Assembly: GCA_022824545.1 (NCBI GenBank)
Contig: JAJDZR010000117.1
Coordinates: 1 to 51,661 of the forward strand
Length of the DNA: 51,661 nt
Direction: 5' to 3'
Source: Chloroflexota bacterium
GTDB lineage: Bacteria; Chloroflexota; UBA11872; UBA12225; JAJDUF01
The stretch's first letter is position 1. Each line of letters starts with the position of its first letter. The notes under the pieces are model-generated. The model saw only the letters and a list, made by a program, of their open reading frames with translations, did no database searches and was not told the DNA's origin. This document shows positions 9,547-18,924 of this stretch, one piece after another. Made by a program: the position numbers and the translations under genes.

Positions 9547-9634
9547 GTCTTTCCCTCGCGGAAGCCACTTCCCCGCTGCGCCTCGGCTCGACAGCGTCCA
9601 ATCGTCGCACAGCCCCCCGTCTCACTGCCAAGCG

Positions 9635-9663
9635 TTGACAAACCCGCACAGGAACCGTAGGCT
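9635..9663 (+). promoter_or_regulatory. Sigma70-type promoter of the XRE regulator
   Basis: TTGACA-17 bp-TAGGCT. Confidence 0.65.
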
Positions 9664-9718
9664 CGACACGAGCAGGTTGGGCGGCGGCGGCGATTTCGGC
9701 TGGGTCGTGGGATCAGTG

Positions 9719-10153
9719 ATGGCACAAGCGTCGGATACGAGCCGGGTCAAGCCGCGAGCATCCCCCTTACGCACCAGACCTACCAATGCCTTCGGGGTAA
9801 CGTTACGGGCATTGCGCGAGCAGACCGCCCTCAGTCAGAGCGCGCTCGGCCGCCGCGCCCAGGTCCACGCCAGCATTGTCAGCCGCCTGGAAAGCGGTGA
9901 CCGCACGCCGAGCAGCCCGGGGCTGGTGGAAGCGCTCGCCCGCGGCCTCCGGCTCTCTCCCGACGATACCGACCGGCTGCTCGCCGCTGGCGGATTCGTG
10001 CCCTCCGTTATCACGCGCCTCGGCCCCGGCGATCCCACACTGCTGCTCGTGGCGCAGGTGCTCACCGATAGCCGTGTGTCGGACGATGAGCAGCAACGCC
10101 TGCGCGATGTGGTCGAGGCCGCCGCGCGTTGGTGCCGTGCCGCCAGCCGCTAA
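9719..10153 (+). CDS. XRE-family HTH transcriptional regulator
   Basis: FGVTLRALRE..LSQSALG....SIVSRLESGDRTPS HTH_3 pattern. Divergent from the ABC pair. Confidence 0.85.
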   Translation: MAQASDTSRVKPRASPLRTRPTNAFGVTLRALREQTALSQSALGRRAQVHASIVSRLESGDRTPSSPGLVEALARGLRLSPDDTDRLLAAGGFVPSVITRLGPGDPTLLLVAQVLTDSRVSDDEQQRLRDVVEAAARWCRAASR

Positions 10154-10189
10154 CCGCTGGCCCCTCCCTCGCCCTATCTCCCATCGCTC

Positions 10190-10334
10190 GTCATTGCGGC
10201 GGGAGCCGCAATCCAGCCCCCATCGCCCGTCATTGCGGCGGAAGCCGCAATCCAGCCCCCATGTCCGTCATTCTCGCGCAAGCGGGAATCTACTCCCCCT
10301 CTCCAAATGTTGGAGAGGGGGCCGGGGGGTGAGG
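10190..10334 (+). repeat. Repeat cluster (three family F copies plus one family A copy overlapping the npdG 3' end)
   Basis: GTCATTGCGGCGG(G/A)AGCCGCAATCCAG twice, GTCATTCTCGCGCAAGCGGGAATC, family A at 10295-10334. Confidence 0.8.
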
Positions 10335-11033
10335 CTTGGCCTCCGGCAGTCCGGTGATGCGGATGCCGGCCCCCGGTACTTTGTACCGCACATTGATCCC
10401 GATCAGCAGCGCCGTCAGCGGCTCCAGCAGCCGCGCCCGCCGCAGCGGCCCCACGTCCACCGGCCGCAGCCGCGGGATTGCCTCCACCAATTCCCGCACG
10501 GCCGCCCGCGCCGCGCGGTCGTTTCCACACAGCAGCACATCGCCATCCAAGGCGTGATCGAGGTCGCGCAGATGGGCCGCGCTGATGTGGTGAAACGCCG
10601 CGCAGACCCGCACGTGCTGCGGAGTCAGTTGGGCTGCTTGCTCCGCTGCCGAGCCGGCCGGCAGCCCCAGCATGTCCGTTGGCCGTCCGCCGACCGCGAC
10701 CGCCAGCGGTACGGTCACGTCCACCAGCACGCTGCCGTCTCGCCACGCCGACCGTAGCCCCTGGAGCGTCCTCGCGTGCGCCGCGAACGGCACGCAGAGC
10801 GCGACCGTGCTCGCCGCCCCCACGGCCTCGGCATTGGTGGCACCTTCAATCAACGCCGCGGCGCCCAGCGTCTCGCGAATACCGGCCGCCGCCACCGCGG
10901 CCCGCTCGGCATTGCGTGAGCCGAGTACGATCCGATAGCCCGCCCGCGCCCACCGCAAGGCCAGGCCGTGCCCCATCGGGCCGGTCCCGCCGACAATGGC
11001 AATCGTCTGCCGCTCAGTCTGCGCTTCAGTCAT
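10290..11033 (-). CDS. npdG: NADPH-dependent F420 reductase
   Basis: GGTGPMGHGLALRWARAG, GSRNAERA, VDVTVPL, GSAAE, AAFHHISA, E.LTALLIGINVRYK. Confidence 0.88.
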   Translation of the reverse strand: MTEAQTERQTIAIVGGTGPMGHGLALRWARAGYRIVLGSRNAERAAVAAAGIRETLGAAALIEGATNAEAVGAASTVALCVPFAAHARTLQGLRSAWRDGSVLVDVTVPLAVAVGGRPTDMLGLPAGSAAEQAAQLTPQHVRVCAAFHHISAAHLRDLDHALDGDVLLCGNDRAARAAVRELVEAIPRLRPVDVGPLRRARLLEPLTALLIGINVRYKVPGAGIRITGLPEAKPHPPAPSPTFGEGE

Positions 11034-11146
11034 CGTGCTGCTCTACCTATGACCTTTGCGAAAAGGGGAGCGCTGGCGGCGCCGGCCCACCGCTGCCGGC
11101 CAGAGAACATGCGCTGCCTACGACCGATAGCCCCTACCCCCGTCCC

Positions 11147-12112
11147 TCAGACGCTACTGCGCGGCGGTTGATCCTCTTCCCCGTCCGGGTCGCCCTCCTC
11201 CCGACGCCGGCGCAGGAAGTCTTCCAGCTCCTCCACCAGTTCCTCCGGGTCTACGGACAGCGGACCGCTCGATTCCGCCTCCGCCTCGCCCGGCTCGGTC
11301 TGGCCCGGCGCCAAGGGTGCCTTCGATTCGTCGTATTGGTCTTCGAGTTGCTGCAAGTAGGCCGCCAGCTCCGGCCGCTCGGCGACGGCCTCGTCCGCTT
11401 GCTCCAGGAGTTGCCGCCCGGCCTGACGCAGCTGGTCCAGGTCGAACGACCAGCCCACCAGCCGCCCCGCCTGCTCCAGCAGCGCCGCGCTCACGGCCGG
11501 ATTCGGCACCTGGAGATAGTGCGGCACGCTGCCGAACAGGCTCGCGCTCGGTACCTGGTGAACCCGCAGCGACTCGATCACCGCCGAGTGAACGCTGGAT
11601 GGCCCCTCGTACTGCGAGAACGGAATGCCCAGTTGGTTCAGCGCCACGCGCAGCTCCGGCGCCGTCGCCCACCCGGTCAGGACGGTGCTGCGCGTGTGCG
11701 GCACGTCCGCCGGCACGCTCGCCAGCAGGATCGCCGCTCCCACTCCCCACTCCACGCACGCTTCCGCCAGTTCCGCAGCGAACGCCCGCCACCGCAGCTG
11801 TGGTTCCGGGATCAAGTAGAAGATCAGATCGTGCGTCGTCTCGTCCGCCGCCGGGTGGTGGGCGTACCAGAACTCGCCGTGCGGCCACTCCAGCACCCGA
11901 TCCTGGGACCCGGTCAGCCGGGAGATGGGCCGCAGTTCGCTATAGTCGTAGTAGTCGTCCGAATCTTGGACCGCCAGCGGCTCGGCGTCGAACGCGGCGA
12001 CCAGATGGCGAATGGCCAGCGAAGCGGCCAGCCCGGCGTCGGGCAAGCCCTCGAACGCCCCGATCAAGATGGGGCGCCGCAGGGTGGGCTGTGCGGTATG
12101 CGTCAGCGGCAT
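11147..12112 (-). CDS. PAC2 (proteasome assembly chaperone) family protein
   Basis: AFEG..DAG, YYDY...RP, EPQLRW, DVPHTR, YEGP, VPHY motifs. Confidence 0.88.
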   Translation of the reverse strand: MPLTHTAQPTLRRPILIGAFEGLPDAGLAASLAIRHLVAAFDAEPLAVQDSDDYYDYSELRPISRLTGSQDRVLEWPHGEFWYAHHPAADETTHDLIFYLIPEPQLRWRAFAAELAEACVEWGVGAAILLASVPADVPHTRSTVLTGWATAPELRVALNQLGIPFSQYEGPSSVHSAVIESLRVHQVPSASLFGSVPHYLQVPNPAVSAALLEQAGRLVGWSFDLDQLRQAGRQLLEQADEAVAERPELAAYLQQLEDQYDESKAPLAPGQTEPGEAEAESSGPLSVDPEELVEELEDFLRRRREEGDPDGEEDQPPRSSV

Positions 12113-12239
12113 GAGCCTTCCTCAATTCGTGTCGGATTCGTAGCGGAATCGTAGCAGCGCGGCGGGAGTATTGCGTTCATACTAACCGATGAGCCGTGGT
12201 CGGCCGGCGCGGTAGAATCCGGCCGCGGGCCCGAGCACC

Positions 12240-13523
12240 ATGCGTTGTCGCCACCTCAGCCTGACGAATTTTCGCACCTACGATCGGCTTGAGTTGGACC
12301 TGCCACCCGGGGTATCCGTACTCTGCGGAAACAATGCCCAGGGCAAGTCCAACCTGCTCGAAGCCCTCTATATGCTCGCCACGATCAAATCGTTCCGGAC
12401 CACCAGCGAGCGCGAGTTGGTCTCGTGGCACGCCGGCGCCGACGAGCGCTTTGCCCGCGTCAGCGCCGAGATCGAGCGCCAGGGGAGCACGTCGCGGCTC
12501 GATATTATCCTGGTCGAGCCAGCAAGTGGCAATGCGGCCAACGCTGCGGCTGGTGCCCGTACCCGCGCCATCCAGAAGCGCGTCCGCCTCAACCAGCAAC
12601 CCCGGCGGGCACTGGACGCGCTCGGTCAGCTCAATAGCGTCCTCTTTACCCCCGCCGATGTCGAGCTAATCACCGGCTCGCCGGCCCAGCGCCGCCGCTA
12701 CCTCGACATCATGCTCTGTCAGGTTGATCCCCACTACGCGCGCGTCCTCAGCCGGTACCAGCGCGTCCTGACCCAGCGCAACGCCCTCTTGCGCCAGCTC
12801 CGTGACCGCCGGTTGCCGCCCGACCAGCTCGGGTATTGGACCGAGCAGGTGGTCGCTTTGGGCAGCGAGTTGATCGTCGGCCGCGGCCAGGCCGTTACCA
12901 CCCTCAACTCGTCCCTCGCCGACGTCCACCCCCGGCTGGTGGATGGCCGCACCTCCCTCGGCATCGTCTACCGCAGCAGCGTCACCGAGCTACCGTCCGC
13001 GTTGGCGGAGGAGTCGGGTGCCGTCCCCCATGCGGATGACGTGCGGCCTGCCGTTGCCGCGCAGTTCGCCGCCCAGCTTGACGCCCAGCAGGAGCGGGAG
13101 CGGCGCCAGGGCATGACCGTCGTCGGCCCCCACCGCGACGATCTGGCCTTCACCGTTGATGGAATGGACCTCAACCGTTTCGGCTCCCGCGGCCAGCAGC
13201 GCACGGCGGCGCTCGCGGTCAAGCTGGCCGAGGCCGCTGTAATGGAGCAGCGCACCGGCGAGCGGCCGCTCCTCCTGCTCGACGACGTGCTTTCCGAGTT
13301 GGACCCGCAGCGCCGCCTGCTGCTGCAGGAGATACTCACCAGTGAAGGACTGCCCGCACCATCCGCACCATCTGACGGGAGTCGCAGCCGTACCGACCGC
13401 GGCGGGCAGGTGCTCCTCACCACGACCGAGCTACGCCCCTTCACCGCCGCCTTCCTCGCCGCAGCCACCGTCTTCGAGGTCGCCAACGGCACACTACGCC
13501 CTCGTGAGGCGAGTGCGGCCTAA
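12240..13523 (+). CDS. recF: DNA replication/repair protein RecF
   Basis: NFRTY, GNNAQGKSNLLEA, RRRYLD, QRNALL, GPHRDDL, GSRGQQRT, LLLDDVLSELD. Confidence 0.97.
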   Translation: MRCRHLSLTNFRTYDRLELDLPPGVSVLCGNNAQGKSNLLEALYMLATIKSFRTTSERELVSWHAGADERFARVSAEIERQGSTSRLDIILVEPASGNAANAAAGARTRAIQKRVRLNQQPRRALDALGQLNSVLFTPADVELITGSPAQRRRYLDIMLCQVDPHYARVLSRYQRVLTQRNALLRQLRDRRLPPDQLGYWTEQVVALGSELIVGRGQAVTTLNSSLADVHPRLVDGRTSLGIVYRSSVTELPSALAEESGAVPHADDVRPAVAAQFAAQLDAQQERERRQGMTVVGPHRDDLAFTVDGMDLNRFGSRGQQRTAALAVKLAEAAVMEQRTGERPLLLLDDVLSELDPQRRLLLQEILTSEGLPAPSAPSDGSRSRTDRGGQVLLTTTELRPFTAAFLAAATVFEVANGTLRPREASAA

Positions 13524-13537
13524 CTACCAGCCTCTAG

Positions 13538-13570
13538 TCCCTTCCCTTCAGGGAGGGGGTGGGGGGTAGG
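13538..13570 (+). repeat. Family B palindromic repeat
   Basis: CCCTTCCCTTCAGGGAGGGGG-TGGGGGGTAGG. Sibling at 14076-14108. Confidence 0.75.
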
Positions 13571-13638
13571 TGCGATCCGGCCCCTCGGCCATCCATCTAG
13601 CACGACCGAGTGACCACGATCCTTCGACACTCCGTCCG

Positions 13639-14022
13639 CTAGTCTGAGCGCAAGTCGCGGATACTTCTTCTCGCAGCGTAGAGAGACAGTAAGCCTGCCA
13701 AGACTAAGAAAACTCCCGCCGCGAATGCACCTACGCCATAGCCGCGGTCAATGTCCAGCCAGAACAGAGCTACCCCACCGATGGTCAGTATGAGACCTAA
13801 GATCAAGAACCAGACCGACCATCCGAGATTGGACGTGCGGTTGACCGCGAGTTGCTGGCCTAGTTTGGCAGTGTACCCCATCACTGCCGCTACCTCATCC
13901 TCGCATCTGTCCTTGCAGGCAATGCCCTTCTCTACCTCGGCGGCACATTCGGTGCATACGCCCCGATGGCAGTACATGCATACCGCGACTGCGTCGCTCG
14001 CAGTGTGGTAGTAGCATCTCAT
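13639..14022 (-). CDS. Small membrane protein with N-terminal B-box-like Zn finger
   Basis: CxxH...CxxC...CxxC...CxxxC followed by two TM helices. Confidence 0.7.
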   Translation of the reverse strand: MRCYYHTASDAVAVCMYCHRGVCTECAAEVEKGIACKDRCEDEVAAVMGYTAKLGQQLAVNRTSNLGWSVWFLILGLILTIGGVALFWLDIDRGYGVGAFAAGVFLVLAGLLSLYAARRSIRDLRSD

Positions 14023-14122
14023 CGGATGAGTTCCGGCATTGCCCTCGGCGAGCGATTCAGCGCGGCGACTTGCGGCCCCTTCCCTTCAGGGAGGGGGTTG
14101 GGGGTAGGTACGCTCCGGCCCT

Positions 14123-15538
14123 CTAGGGCATGTGGAAGACGACCATCTTCGTCTCGGTCATCTCTTCGACCGCGTACTTCGGCCCTTCCTTGCCCATCCC
14201 GCTGTCTTTCAGACCCCCGTAGGGCATCAGGTCGGCCCGCCATTGCGTGCCCCAGTTGAGGTGAATGTTTCCGGCCTCCGCCTCCAGCGCGAACTTCATC
14301 GCCCAATCCAGGTTCTCGGTGAAGATCGCCGTGCTCAGGCCGTAGTTCGTGCTGTTCGCCTGGGCAATCGCCTCGTCAATGTCGTCCACCGGCGTCACCC
14401 CGACGGCCGGGCCGAACACCTCGTCGCAGGAAATACGCATCTCCGGCTTCACGTCCGCCAGCAGCGTTGGCGCCATCAGCGTGCCGTTGCGCTGACCACC
14501 GGCCACCAGGCGCGCTCCGCCGCTTACCGCCTCCTGCACCCAGGACTCGACACGAGCCGCATCGCTTTCGCGGATCATCGGCCCCATCCGCACGCCTTCC
14601 TGGCGTGGATCACCCGTCGTGATCCCCTTCACGCTCTCCGCGAAAGCGTCCAGGAAGTCGCCGTAAATCTCGCGGTTGGCATAGACCCGCTGCGTGGAAA
14701 TACAGACCTGTCCGGCGTGCGCGTAGCCGGTGGAGGCCAGCGCTGTCGTGACCTTGTTCATATCCGCGTCGGGCATGATGATGACCGGCGAGTTGGACCC
14801 CAGCTCCATGGTCACCTTCTTCAGCCCGGCCGTGCGGCAGATGTGTTCGCCCACGTCGCGGCTGCCGGTGAAGGTGATCTTGCGGACGCGCGGATCGCTG
14901 ACCAGCGCATCCCCGATCTCGGCCCCGGAGCCGGTCAGACACTGGAGTGCTTCCGGCGGACACCCGGCCTCCAACATGACCTCAACCACCCGCAAACCCG
15001 AGAGCGGCGTGTCGGTGGCCGGCTTCAGCACGACGGCATTTCCCGCGGCGATGCCGGGCCCGACCTTGTGACAGACCAGGTGCAGCGGGAAGTTGAAAGG
15101 CGAGATCGCCGCCACCACCCCGCACGGCACGCGAATCGTGAAGCCGAATTTGCCCGTAACCCCCGGCGCCCCGTCCAGCGGAATGACCTCGCTGCCCAGC
15201 CGCTTGGCCTCCTCCGCCGACAGGTAGATGATCTCGGCCGCCCGCTCCACCTCGATCATCGCTTCCGCCTTGACCTTGCCACCCTCCAGCGTGATCGTCT
15301 CGGCAAAGCTCTCGGCCCGCTCGCTAATCAGGTCCGCGGCCTTGTGCAGAATCTTGTAGCGCTCGTAGCCGGTCAGCCCCCGCATGATCTCTGCACCCCG
15401 CACCGCCGTCGCCAGCGCGCGATCAATGTCGCTGGCCTCCGCTCTGGGCACCGTGTCCACGACGCTGCCATCGTAGGGATTGTGTACTTCAATGCGCTCG
15501 TCTTTGTCTACCCACGAACTACCGATGTGCATCTTCAT
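14123..15538 (-). CDS. Aldehyde dehydrogenase family protein
   Basis: ISPFNFP, FTGS, MELGSN, GQVCIS, EVFGP, PYGGLKDSG.GKEG. Confidence 0.95.
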   Translation of the reverse strand: MKMHIGSSWVDKDERIEVHNPYDGSVVDTVPRAEASDIDRALATAVRGAEIMRGLTGYERYKILHKAADLISERAESFAETITLEGGKVKAEAMIEVERAAEIIYLSAEEAKRLGSEVIPLDGAPGVTGKFGFTIRVPCGVVAAISPFNFPLHLVCHKVGPGIAAGNAVVLKPATDTPLSGLRVVEVMLEAGCPPEALQCLTGSGAEIGDALVSDPRVRKITFTGSRDVGEHICRTAGLKKVTMELGSNSPVIIMPDADMNKVTTALASTGYAHAGQVCISTQRVYANREIYGDFLDAFAESVKGITTGDPRQEGVRMGPMIRESDAARVESWVQEAVSGGARLVAGGQRNGTLMAPTLLADVKPEMRISCDEVFGPAVGVTPVDDIDEAIAQANSTNYGLSTAIFTENLDWAMKFALEAEAGNIHLNWGTQWRADLMPYGGLKDSGMGKEGPKYAVEEMTETKMVVFHMP

Positions 15539-15624
15539 GCGCGTCACTCCTTTACCTACCCGCTCCGCTCGCTTGCCGGAGATACTGCCGGATGTTGCCC
15601 GCTCCTGCAACCCACCTCCCCTCA

Positions 15625-15843
15625 ATCATTCCCTAGCAAGCGGGAATCCAGTCCCTCTCCCCCTGCTAACAGGGGTAGGTAACAGGTAGGGGCGTCATTC
15701 ATGGCGCCCAGCTGGGCACGCCCCCTCCCTGGGCGCGATCAATCGCGCCCCTACGGCACGGCCAATACCTACCCTTGTCAGTGAGAGGGGGCCGGGGGTG
15801 AGGTCCGTCTCCCCGTCCGCAGCGGGGCGGACCATAGGGGGGC
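15625..15843 (+). repeat. Composite repeat cluster (F, REP-like, A-tail, D)
   Basis: TCATTCCCTAGCAAGCGGGAATCCAG, GGGCGCGATCAATCGCGCCCCTAC, GGGGGCCGGGGGTGAGG, GGACCATAGGGGGG. Confidence 0.75.
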
Positions 15844-15904
15844 CAGCCCGCTACACTATCATCACGAAGCACCGCACACTCCTTCTCGGAGGCGACTACC
15901 AACC

Positions 15905-17803
15905 ATGCCCAGCCGGCAGACCGACGGACGGGATCAGTGGTCCCGAGCCAACATGAAGGAAATCCTGCCCGAGCTTCCGTCACCCCTCTTCATGTTCCAG
16001 CTCGAAATGTCCAGCGGGCCGCGGATGCTCGCTGCGTTCGAGATCGGCGGCTATCGCTTCCCCGACGGCGCCATGCTCTTCCGCGCCGCTGCCGGGCGTC
16101 CCTATTTCAATACCGGCCTGTTCCGGAGCATGTTGGCCGACCTTGGCGCGCCGCCGGAGCTGAACGATCAGGCTATCGGCAGCGGCGTGGAGTTGGACCG
16201 GCCAGCCCTGCAATGGAATTGGCCCCGTGTCGCGCGGCGCTTGCCCGTCGTGCTCAGCAACCTCGTTCGCCAGTTGCGAGCGGTGCCGGCGACCGAGCGT
16301 TGGTTCGGCCACGTCGAAGGCACCCTCGCCGAGTTGTCCTTGGCCACGGACCGCGTGCTGCGCCGCGCTGACGACGCCGATATGCTCTCGGATTTCGAGC
16401 GCATTGCGCCGGAGATGGGACGGTTCTTCTACCACACCGGCTACCTGACCGCCGCTGCCACCACCCATTTCCACGAGCTTGCCCGCGTCCTGCACGGTCG
16501 TCTCGAGGCGCCCGCGGCGGCGATCAACCAGGCGGTCGCCGGCGAGGGCAACGTCAGCGCCGACCTGCCGCTCGCGCTCATGCGCGTCGCGGCCATCGCG
16601 CGCACGGAGCCACCGGCCCGGAGCGCGCTCATCTCGTCGAGCGACCTCGGGGCCGATTTCCGAGACACGCTCCGCGGCACCCGCACGCTCACCCACTTCG
16701 AGCGTATCCTCGACTGGTTCGGTGATCGCGGGCTGTTCGAGTCCGACAGCGCCAGCCCCCGCTTTCGGGAAGCGCCGGGTTACCTGCTCGCTGTTGTCGC
16801 GCAATACGTCCGCGCCCCCACGGCTCCCGACGCCGACGGTGCGGTTGCCCGCCAGCGGCGGCAGGCGCAGCAGGCGCGAGCGACCATCAAGCAAGCCGTG
16901 GGCCGCAACTGGCCGTATGTGCGTTGGCGCCTCGGAGCCTTGCGCCAAGTCCTCGCCCTGCGCGAGGCCAACCGCTTTCGGGGTGTGCGGATCGCCGCCC
17001 AAGTGCGCCGGCGCGAGTTGGAGTTGGGACGGCGGATGGTCGAGCGCGGCTGGCTCGACCATCCGGACGACTACTTCTGGCTCACCATGGTGGAGATTCT
17101 GCGCGTGTTGGCGCCGGGCACCGCCCCACCGCTACGAGCACAGGCCGGCGGCGTGCGGGCGGGCCTGCTGCCGCACCGCAGTGGGGTCGCCGCACCGGGA
17201 GAGATGGCCCGCGAGCCAGGCCATTTGCGGGCCGTCATCGCCGCGCGCCGTGCCCGCTACGCCCGCTACTGTGCCATCACCGTGCCCGACGAATGTGCCG
17301 ACCTCGACGCGCTCGAACGGTTTGCCCGCGGTCAGGGCGCCGCCCCGCCGGGTGCCGCGTACCGTCCCCCGCCGTCCCTGACCGGCTTTGGCGCCGCCGT
17401 CTCCGGCCAGCCGGCAGCCGCGCCGGCCCCACCACCTGCTCAGGATAATAGCGCGCCCGCTCCGGGGCAGCTGATCTTACGCGGGCTGGGCGTCAGCGCC
17501 GGCCAGGCGCAGGGCACCGCGCGAGTAATCCGCCATCCGGAAGAGTTTGGGCTACTGCAACCGGGCGACATCCTCGTCTGCCCCGCCACCGACCCGGCTT
17601 GGTCGCCGCTCTTTCCCTTGGTCCGCGGTCTGGTCGTCGAGATCGGTGGTCAGCTCTCGCACGGCTCCATCGTCGCCCGCGAGTACAGCATCCCGGCGGT
17701 GGTGAATGTCCCCCAAGCAACCGACCGCCTCCCCGACGGGGCCACTATCGAGTTGGACGCCACCGCCGGCACCGTCCGCCTCATAGACACCGGCCAAACC
17801 TGA
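15905..17803 (+). CDS. PEP-utilising enzyme, rifampicin-phosphotransferase-like substrate domain plus His swivel domain, no ATP-grasp domain
   Basis: N-terminal WSRANMKEILP..SPL and C-terminal GDILV..TDPAWSP..GGQLSHGSIVAREYSIPAVV. Confidence 0.8.
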   Translation: MPSRQTDGRDQWSRANMKEILPELPSPLFMFQLEMSSGPRMLAAFEIGGYRFPDGAMLFRAAAGRPYFNTGLFRSMLADLGAPPELNDQAIGSGVELDRPALQWNWPRVARRLPVVLSNLVRQLRAVPATERWFGHVEGTLAELSLATDRVLRRADDADMLSDFERIAPEMGRFFYHTGYLTAAATTHFHELARVLHGRLEAPAAAINQAVAGEGNVSADLPLALMRVAAIARTEPPARSALISSSDLGADFRDTLRGTRTLTHFERILDWFGDRGLFESDSASPRFREAPGYLLAVVAQYVRAPTAPDADGAVARQRRQAQQARATIKQAVGRNWPYVRWRLGALRQVLALREANRFRGVRIAAQVRRRELELGRRMVERGWLDHPDDYFWLTMVEILRVLAPGTAPPLRAQAGGVRAGLLPHRSGVAAPGEMAREPGHLRAVIAARRARYARYCAITVPDECADLDALERFARGQGAAPPGAAYRPPPSLTGFGAAVSGQPAAAPAPPPAQDNSAPAPGQLILRGLGVSAGQAQGTARVIRHPEEFGLLQPGDILVCPATDPAWSPLFPLVRGLVVEIGGQLSHGSIVAREYSIPAVVNVPQATDRLPDGATIELDATAGTVRLIDTGQT

Positions 17804-17965
17804 GGCGGCTGGTCGACGTACAGGTCCGGCCTCTCCCCTGGCACCCCTATGGCCCCCCGCTCCGCATGGGGACAGTACGTTCCCTCCCTTGGAGCTTGCT
17901 CCGGGGGAGGGTTAGGGAGGGGGCGAGAGAAGGGGCCGGAGGTGAGTCCCGCCCCACCCCCACCA

Positions 17966-18874
17966 TCAGAGCAGATCCGCCAAGCTAGCGGCAATGAGAC
18001 CCACTGCGGCGGCGAATGTGACGATAGCGGCGCGCAGGAGTTGCTCCCCGATGCCGCCCATGATGCCGCCGACGAGGGCCAGGCTGGCCTGCGTCAATCC
18101 GGCGGACGTCGTGACGTCCGGCGGTGGCCATGCTGGCACCAGCGTCTCGGTCAATCCATCGAGCGAGAGGGTCAGCATCAGTCCCACCACACCCACTGCC
18201 GCCGCTGCCGGGAGCAGCGCCACGCCTAGCCCTCGCAGCCGGGAGCCAAATCCGCTGCCCAAGGTCAGGATCAGCAGGGCGGTCAGGAAGACGGCTGCGG
18301 CCAGCAGCCACGTGAGAATGGGCAGTCGCCGCATGGTCGTGCGGACCCGCTCGACCACGTGCAGCGTATCCGGGTCGTCAGCCCACAGGGAGGTGAGTAA
18401 GAAGGGTTCCTCCGGGACGGCGCGACCGATGAAGAGCCGTAGCAGCGCCTGTGTCTGGGGAGTGAGTGCATCCCGTCGCGTCAACTCGGCCTCGATAGGC
18501 TCACCCACCTGTCCGAGGTCCGTCAGATCGAGCACCGGCGCCGGCGCGTCTACCACCTCCAGCCAGCGGTACAGATCGGTAATGAAGCCCTCGATCTTGT
18601 CGGATAGATAGATGGTTACGGGGTACCGCCCGGCTTCCAGCATCGCCACCACAGACGGCTCTACCGCCTCGGTATCATCCTGCCCCTCGTCCCTCAGCAC
18701 GGTGTCCATCATCTCGTCGTAGAGGCGGTCGTAGAGCTGCACGGTGGCGAGCTGCCCCGTGATGAACTCCGGCATGAGCACCGTCGTGCGTAAGGTGTAT
18801 ACGCCAGCCAGCGCAGACACCAGCAAGAATAGCGGCAGGGTCAGCAACCCCCGCAGGAAGATGCGGATAATCAC
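17966..18874 (-). CDS. Hypothetical membrane protein
   Basis: 302-aa ORF with an N-terminal and three C-terminal hydrophobic segments, co-oriented after the hydantoinase genes. Confidence 0.65.
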   Translation of the reverse strand: MIIRIFLRGLLTLPLFLLVSALAGVYTLRTTVLMPEFITGQLATVQLYDRLYDEMMDTVLRDEGQDDTEAVEPSVVAMLEAGRYPVTIYLSDKIEGFITDLYRWLEVVDAPAPVLDLTDLGQVGEPIEAELTRRDALTPQTQALLRLFIGRAVPEEPFLLTSLWADDPDTLHVVERVRTTMRRLPILTWLLAAAVFLTALLILTLGSGFGSRLRGLGVALLPAAAAVGVVGLMLTLSLDGLTETLVPAWPPPDVTTSAGLTQASLALVGGIMGGIGEQLLRAAIVTFAAAVGLIAASLADLL

Positions 18875-18924
18875 AACCTATGTGCTCCTCGCAGCGGCCG
18901 ATTGGCCGCGCCTTGATGTCTCGC

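Noticed and set aside
15905-17803. Rifampicin resistance gene (rph)
   Set aside because: It lacks the ATP-grasp domain, and substrate specificity cannot be read from the sequence.
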